Positions 14,427-18,687 of a stretch of DNA of 18,687 bases are shown piece by piece. This DNA comes from a virus. How positions within the stretch are numbered: the first letter of the stretch is position 1; each line of letters starts with the position of its first letter. The DNA lies in IMG/VR virus record IMGVR_UViG_3300045988_107078; one strand, written 5' to 3'. The position numbers and the translations under genes are program-made. A model generated the notes under the pieces. It saw only the letters and a program-made list of their open reading frames with translations. It was not told where the DNA came from and made no database searches.

Positions 14427-14470
14427 CCGACAATCAATAGCCATACCGCTACAATAGTGGTATGGCTATT
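14427..14470 (+). promoter_or_regulatory. Promoter-like ccGACA-N17-TACAAT-N6-ATG overlapped by a perfect 12-bp inverted repeat that contains the CHAP gene start codon
   Basis: The -35-like CCGACA is at 14427-14432 and TACAAT at 14450-14455. The A of the ATG at 14462 lies 7 nt after the hexamer. The inverted repeat AATAGCCATACC (14436-14447) / GGTATGGCTATT (14459-14470) has an 11-nt loop. There is no SD. Confidence 0.4.
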
Positions 14471-15685
14471 ACTTTTGACGATTGGATAAAACAAACTCAA
14501 GGACGATATTGGGATATGGACGGCGCGTTCGGGGCGCAATGCTGGGACTTGTGGGCGAAATACTGTATGGACTTATACGGCGCGTCCGTAAGCGATTGCA
14601 TCACGCCAACCGGATACGCGGAGGGAAACTACACGCGCTTCCCTACAAACTCCAAGATGGCGCAGATTTTCGAAAAGAAACCCGCCGACTACAGCCCCGT
14701 TAAAGGTGACGTGGCGTTTTGGAATTTCTCAAGCCAACATACCGGCTCGCACGTGAGTATTGTCATGGAGGACGGTGTTCATAACGGGCGCATCACCGTG
14801 TTGTCGCAAAACCCTAACCCCGCACAACGCATGACATTCGACTTGACGGCATTTTTGGGCTATCTGCATCCGAAAGCGCTTGGAGAAGGGGGTGGAACGA
14901 CTTCCACGGAAAAGAACCCCACGGGCGACAATAGCCACGGTTCCCTCGACTCCGCGCGCGGTGGCGCGTGGATACATTGGCAAGGCGACAATCTGTACTT
15001 ACATGAGTCCGATAATGCCGGATCACGAACTCGCGTCTTTTACCGTACGACGGCCAACAATTTTTCCGAGAAGGCGTCGCAATCCCAGCCGTCCAGCGAT
15101 AACGGACAGGCGCACCCCTCTACCTCAATCTCGCCGGAAAATTCGTACGCCCTCTATGTTGTCGGCACGGTTGAGGCGGGCTTGCGCTGGGATGCGGTAG
15201 AAGCGGCCAACTTGCAGGGCATTGGGATTGCACAATGGAGTTTCGAGCGCCGCTTGCAAGTGTTGAACGCGATGGAATCCGCCGATCCGACCGGATATGA
15301 TGCGTTCAAGGCCTCCGCGCCTGAAATAGCCGCACTCATGGAGTCTGGCGGCACGTTCAAACGTTCGCTTACCTCGTCGGAAGCGGCCGCATTCCGCACG
15401 TGGGCGGCACGCAATGAGTCGCGCGACGGGCAACGCAAGCAGTTCGCGGAAGACTACGCGGGCTACCCTAAACAGTACAATGATGTCAAAATGCAGATTC
15501 TTTGGGTGACGGCATACCACCAGTCGCCCGCAAACGCCTTGAAAGTACCGAAAGCATCGAACCTCGCACAACTGAAAAACAACATTCTAGCCACGTTTCC
15601 ATTCGGACCGTATACGACACGATACAACCAAGCGTGCTCGCTGTTGTCGGTTTGGGATGGCAAGTCTAACCCGCCCGCATTCTAA
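14462..15685 (+). CDS. Tail-associated peptidoglycan hydrolase: N-terminal CHAP domain plus a C-terminal lysozyme-like domain (gp13 analogue, 407 aa)
   Basis: CHAP signature DMDGAFGAQCWDL (Cys27) and GSHVSIV (His97). The C-terminal part carries EAG...GIGIAQWSFERR, which resembles phage tail lysozyme (transglycosylase-like) domains. The gene lies in the late operon in the phi29 gp13 position. Confidence 0.85.
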   Translation: MAITFDDWIKQTQGRYWDMDGAFGAQCWDLWAKYCMDLYGASVSDCITPTGYAEGNYTRFPTNSKMAQIFEKKPADYSPVKGDVAFWNFSSQHTGSHVSIVMEDGVHNGRITVLSQNPNPAQRMTFDLTAFLGYLHPKALGEGGGTTSTEKNPTGDNSHGSLDSARGGAWIHWQGDNLYLHESDNAGSRTRVFYRTTANNFSEKASQSQPSSDNGQAHPSTSISPENSYALYVVGTVEAGLRWDAVEAANLQGIGIAQWSFERRLQVLNAMESADPTGYDAFKASAPEIAALMESGGTFKRSLTSSEAAAFRTWAARNESRDGQRKQFAEDYAGYPKQYNDVKMQILWVTAYHQSPANALKVPKASNLAQLKNNILATFPFGPYTTRYNQACSLLSVWDGKSNPPAF

Positions 15686-15690
15686 AAGTG

Positions 15691-15699
15691 TGGTATACT
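15691..15699 (+). promoter_or_regulatory. TG-extended -10 candidate (TGTGgTATACT)
   Basis: Begins 6 nt after the CHAP gene stop (TAA 15683-15685). It has a TRTG-type -16 element and no -35. Confidence 0.4.
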
Positions 15700-15705
15700 C
15701 AATAA

Positions 15706-15805
15706 TGGCGGTGGTTATGTGATGACCTTTCCCTTTAAACAGCCGCCAAATGATAGGTTGGTGGAGGGGCGTGCGAGTCATGGCGCACGCCCTTCCACTA
15801 GTTTT
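15706..15805 (+). ncRNA. Candidate structured RNA of about 100 nt, either a leader or an sRNA, upstream of the packaging ATPase
   Basis: Lies between the extended -10 and a terminator-like hairpin. A helix pairs 15706-15712 with 15742-15748. An alternative helix pairs 15743-15749 with 15758-15764. There is no credible ORF. Confidence 0.25.
15763..15805 (+). terminator. Terminator-like 13-bp GC-rich hairpin directly before the ATPase SD
   Basis: GGAGGGGCGTGCG-AGTCATGG-CGCACGCCCTTCC (one G-U pair), then ACTAGTTTT. The SD AGGAGGGG begins at 15806. Confidence 0.55.
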
Positions 15806-15822
15806 AGGAGGGGAATGCAAGC

Positions 15823-16890
15823 ATGACATTGCAGACGCTCGACGAGGGCGATTATTACGACTTGCATAATCTGTTGACGCGAAACGCGCCGTGGAACTTT
15901 GTGATCGGCGCGCGCGGCCTAGGCAAGACGTTCGCCGCGAAACGGTACGGCATCAAAGAATACATCAAGCACGGCCACGAATTTATTTATCTTCGGCGCA
16001 CCGACGTAGAACAACATCGCAAGGAGACCTTTTTCAAGGATATCCAAGAGTTCTTCCCCTCATACGAATTTCGCGTCAATGGCGAAAAAGGGCAGATTCA
16101 TAAGACGTCGTGGGACGAGAAGGATTGGCGGACATGCTGCTATTTCGTCGCACTCTCACAAGCGGGCGGACTCAAGTCGGTAGCCTATCCTAAAGTTCAT
16201 TTGATTATTTTCGACGAGATTTTCCCCGATAACCTGCGATTTCTGAGTAACGAGGTAAACAGTTTTTCCGAATTTTACAACACGGTAGACAGGTGGCAGG
16301 ATAGAACAAAAGTTCTATTCCTATCGAACGCTGTTCAAAAGGCTAATCCGTATTTTGCCAAATACCGGTTGGACATTGGTGCACAACAGGCCAACCGGCA
16401 ACAATACAAACTCTATTGCGGCGGGTTTATCTGTTTGGAATTGGCCGACTATGGCGGCTTTTCCGCGAAAGTCGCTAAGTCAAAGTTCGGCAGATTCTTG
16501 GAGCAGTACGATGGTGACTACGCGGATTATGCGATACGCAATAAGTTCCGTGACGAGTCGGACGCTTTGATAGCGCCAATTCCTAGCGACGGCGAGCTGT
16601 CCTACATTTTGGACACTACCGACTATGCGCAGTTCGGCATATGGGTATCCGTATCCGAACGCGACGGACATGTTTCACAATATGTTTCACGACGTATTCC
16701 AAAAGACAACACTCGCCCCGTCTACACACTCGACCCGAACCACGTTGACGAAAAGACATGGTATGTCAAAAAGTCAGATGATATAATAAGGCGACTCACT
16801 ACCGGCTATCGACTTGGCAAAATACGATTCGATGACTCACAAGTCAAAGCAGACTTCGGCTTGATTGTCGGAGAATTGCTAGGCAAGTAG
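15823..16890 (+). CDS. DNA encapsidation (packaging) ATPase, phi29 gp16-like (355 aa)
   Basis: Walker A is GARGLGKT (aa 29-36) and Walker B is HLIIFDE. The size and the N-terminal ATPase layout are typical of gp16-family packaging ATPases. There is a strong SD. Confidence 0.92.
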   Translation: MTLQTLDEGDYYDLHNLLTRNAPWNFVIGARGLGKTFAAKRYGIKEYIKHGHEFIYLRRTDVEQHRKETFFKDIQEFFPSYEFRVNGEKGQIHKTSWDEKDWRTCCYFVALSQAGGLKSVAYPKVHLIIFDEIFPDNLRFLSNEVNSFSEFYNTVDRWQDRTKVLFLSNAVQKANPYFAKYRLDIGAQQANRQQYKLYCGGFICLELADYGGFSAKVAKSKFGRFLEQYDGDYADYAIRNKFRDESDALIAPIPSDGELSYILDTTDYAQFGIWVSVSERDGHVSQYVSRRIPKDNTRPVYTLDPNHVDEKTWYVKKSDDIIRRLTTGYRLGKIRFDDSQVKADFGLIVGELLGK

Positions 16891-16905
16891 GAAGGAACAG
16901 CAACA

Positions 16906-17268
16906 ATGACAACAGTAGACGTATGGTGTACTATCGCGGTGACGTTCTTCATTGTCACCGATTACGTAACCGGCGTAGCCAAAGCCATCATGCAGGACAA
17001 TCTAAGCTCAAAAAAAATGAGGGAGGGACTAGGCCACAAGTTCGCCTACTTCATCCTCGTACTAGTGGCATGGTTTATCGACGAAATTAACCTACACGTT
17101 GACTTGGGTCTGCCGGTGTCTGTGTTCGTCTGTACAGTCGGTGGAATATGCCTAATCGAACTCACATCGATTCTTGAAAACATTACAATAATCAATCCGG
17201 AATTAGCGGACGCGCCATTCATGCAGATTTTCGCTCAATCCACCAATGGTGAGCATAAGGCGGAATAA
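16906..17268 (+). CDS. Holin (phage_holin_4_1 / TcdE-like family, three TM segments)
   Basis: DYVTGVAKAI...LSSKKMREGLGHKFAYFILVLVAWFID...CLIELTSILENI matches the family pattern. The gene lies immediately upstream of the endolysin with a TAATG overlap. Confidence 0.85.
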   Translation: MTTVDVWCTIAVTFFIVTDYVTGVAKAIMQDNLSSKKMREGLGHKFAYFILVLVAWFIDEINLHVDLGLPVSVFVCTVGGICLIELTSILENITIINPELADAPFMQIFAQSTNGEHKAE

Positions 17269-18056
17269 TGGACGGCGTGAAATGGATAGGCTCACCAAAC
17301 CACTACAGTGGACGAGCTGGACACAAGGTCACACACATAACCTTGCATATCATGGCCGGTTTCCTAGCCGGTACCGACAACGTGTTCTCACGTTCATCCA
17401 GTCAGGCGAGCGCACACTACGGTATCGGAGCCAATGGCGAAATACACCAATACGTGGACGAAACTAACGGAGCATGGTCAGACGCTAACTATGAATCGAA
17501 CATGTCAACGATCAGCATAGAGCATGAGGGTGGCATACCGCAGGCAAAATGCACGCAAGCATGTATCGACGCAAGCGCCCGACTATGCGCAGACATAGCG
17601 CAACGATACGGACTAGGAATGCTATGGCATGACGGGACACGCGGCAACATATGGTTGCATCGAGAGATCAGCGGCACCGACCACGCCACATGTCCAGACC
17701 TAGCGCCAAACGGGCTGCCATACCAGCAAGTAATAGACAAAGCCAACAAGATAATAGGAGGCACGACAATGACCAATGCAGGGGATGAAGTTTGGAACTG
17801 GGCATACCGCCCAGACGGGAAAAATGCCACACCGGGCGGCAACATGTACAATTTGCTTACCTATGAATTGCCGATACGCATTCGTAACGGCATCATGCAG
17901 TATAACTTCAAAAACACCGCACCGGGAGGGAACGTTTACAACACTCTTTGCTTTGAAATACCCGGAATGCTAAAACAACTCGCCAAAACAATCGAAGAAC
18001 AGCAAAAGCAAATCAATGTACTGACCGAAAAAATCGACAGACTGCAAAAAATCTGA
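17268..18056 (+). CDS. Endolysin: N-acetylmuramoyl-L-alanine amidase (Amidase_2/PGRP fold) with an unusual C-terminal region
   Basis: HITLHIMAG...SAHYGIGANGEIHQYVDETNGAWS...ISIEHEG...HREISGTDHATCPD carries zinc-amidase signature residues. The C-terminus has two copies of (T/A)PGGN(M/V)YN(L/T)L and a coiled-coil tail. Confidence 0.9.
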   Translation: MDGVKWIGSPNHYSGRAGHKVTHITLHIMAGFLAGTDNVFSRSSSQASAHYGIGANGEIHQYVDETNGAWSDANYESNMSTISIEHEGGIPQAKCTQACIDASARLCADIAQRYGLGMLWHDGTRGNIWLHREISGTDHATCPDLAPNGLPYQQVIDKANKIIGGTTMTNAGDEVWNWAYRPDGKNATPGGNMYNLLTYELPIRIRNGIMQYNFKNTAPGGNVYNTLCFEIPGMLKQLAKTIEEQQKQINVLTEKIDRLQKI

Positions 18057-18074
18057 CAAATAGCAACAGAGAAT

Positions 18075-18110
18075 AAGTAAAGCCCCTAGATTACGCCTAG
18101 GGGCTTACTT
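18075..18110. terminator. Bidirectional terminator between the convergent amidase and right-end genes
   Basis: AAGT(A)AAGCCCCTAG-ATTACGC-CTAGGGGCTTACTT gives 14 bp with one bulged base. It lies between the + strand stop (18056) and the - strand stop (18119). Confidence 0.65.
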
Positions 18111-18118
18111 GTTATCTA

Positions 18119-18376
18119 TCAGTCACCGTTATCAATTGAGATAACATACTTACGACACGGACGCCCCTTTTTCGAGAGGCCCTGAGCAACCTCAATATAA
18201 TCATAATCAAAGCCCAACATTAACTCAATAACCGAAGAGAGAACAGAATCAAAAGTGGTAACAGAATCATCAATCAAACCATTACAACGAACAGTGCCGG
18301 TATACACATCTTCGATACCGACGACATATACATTATCCGGCTCAATCTCGATAACGTAAGCATTAAACTTAATCAT
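18119..18376 (-). CDS. Hypothetical acidic early protein (85 aa), right terminal gene and the only - strand gene
   Basis: The ATG at 18376 is the ITR-encoded start, preceded by GGGAAAGGAG. The product is MIKFNAYVIEIEPDNVYVVGIEDVYTG.... The gene looks more AT-rich than its neighbours by eye. I recognise no motif. Confidence 0.6.
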   Translation of the reverse strand: MIKFNAYVIEIEPDNVYVVGIEDVYTGTVRCNGLIDDSVTTFDSVLSSVIELMLGFDYDYIEVAQGLSKKGRPCRKYVISIDNGD

Positions 18377-18408
18377 TTTATCTCCTTTCCCTTGAACTCG
18401 ATAACTAC

Positions 18409-18417
18409 AGCATAACA
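18409..18417 (-). promoter_or_regulatory. Same extended -10 promoter candidate in ITR-R, firing inward on the - strand
   Basis: Reverse complement of 271-279. It lies upstream of the SD and the ATG (18376) of the only - strand gene. Confidence 0.45.
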
Positions 18418-18563
18418 CAAACAAACGGAAGACACGCCCAAAAACAAAGCACAGCAAAACAATAAAAGACAGCTACATACCGGTCGGTAGGCAGTTAGAT
18501 ATTTAGACAAACATCTAACAATACACCCCAACTAAGTTACGGTTACGTAACCGTAACCTAAGG

Positions 18564-18631
18564 ATGTTGCATATACAACCATTGACACAGCGTCAATGGA
18601 ATGTTGCATATACAACCATTGACACAGTGTC
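18564..18631 (-). repeat. Mirror copies of the 31-bp direct repeats inside ITR-R
   Basis: Follows from ITR identity: 18601-18631 and 18564-18594 are the reverse complements of 57-87 and 94-124. The genome therefore carries four copies. Confidence 0.9.
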
Positions 18632-18687
18632 ATAGTCGCTGTTCCTTACTATGGTGTACGAGATGTGTAATGTTATCTATTCGGTGC

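Larger units (their letters stand above)
18383..18687. repeat. Right inverted terminal repeat (ITR-R)
   Basis: Exact reverse complement of 1-305. It sits at the very end of the window, as the left copy sits at the very start. Confidence 0.95.

Noticed and set aside
15780-15869. 29-codon ORF (MAHALPLVLGG...) starting inside the hairpin loop upstream of the ATPase gene
   Set aside because: Its ATG lies in the loop of a 13-bp stem, the spacing from the GGAGG is poor (12 nt), and it overlaps the ATPase start out of frame.
1-18687. Search for tRNA genes, CRISPR arrays, integrase or recombinase genes, transposases, toxin-antitoxin or defence and anti-defence cassettes
   Set aside because: No cloverleaf-like segments, no spaced direct-repeat arrays and no recombinase motifs were seen. 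Every sizeable ORF is accounted for by phage replication, morphogenesis or lysis functions, or is a small early protein of unknown function.

Overview
This 18,687-bp window appears to be a complete linear genome of a small phi29-like, protein-primed podophage of a Gram-positive host. The two ends are perfect 305-bp inverted terminal repeats (ITRs), 315 bp if one mismatch is allowed. All genes but one lie on the + strand.

Gene order:
- Small early genes of unknown function (312-1973).
- A phi29-type replication cassette: a p6-like dsDNA-binding protein, a p5-like SSB, a terminal protein candidate and a family-B DNA polymerase (1966-5400).
- A 232-bp non-coding gap that holds a promoter-to-terminator unit.
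- A late operon in phi29 order: scaffold, major capsid with a C-terminal Ig-like domain, tail knob, portal (connector), lower collar, appendage and fibre genes, an SGNH-esterase fibre, and a CHAP plus lysozyme-like tail lysin (5633-15685).
- A structured leader, then the gp16-like packaging ATPase, a holin and an amidase endolysin (15823-18056).
- One inward-facing gene on the - strand at the right end (18119-18376).

I found no integrase, repressor, tRNA or CRISPR array, which is consistent with a virulent phage.

Most interesting observations:
1. Each ITR carries an expression cassette (extended -10, SD, ATG) and stops one base after the shared start codon, so two unrelated terminal genes share one leader.
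2. The non-coding part of each ITR is dense with repeats and palindromes.
3. Two promoter-to-terminator non-coding units have no credible ORF. One lies just after the polymerase gene, where the phi29 pRNA gene sits. The other lies just upstream of the packaging ATPase.
4. The polymerase is compact and has apparently non-canonical ExoI, ExoIII and motif C residues.
5. Three consecutive fibre genes share a paralogous N-terminal module.
6. The CHAP lysin start codon lies inside a perfect 12-bp inverted repeat with leaderless-promoter geometry.

All homology statements come from by-eye motif recognition and from my memory of phi29 proteins. No database search was run.
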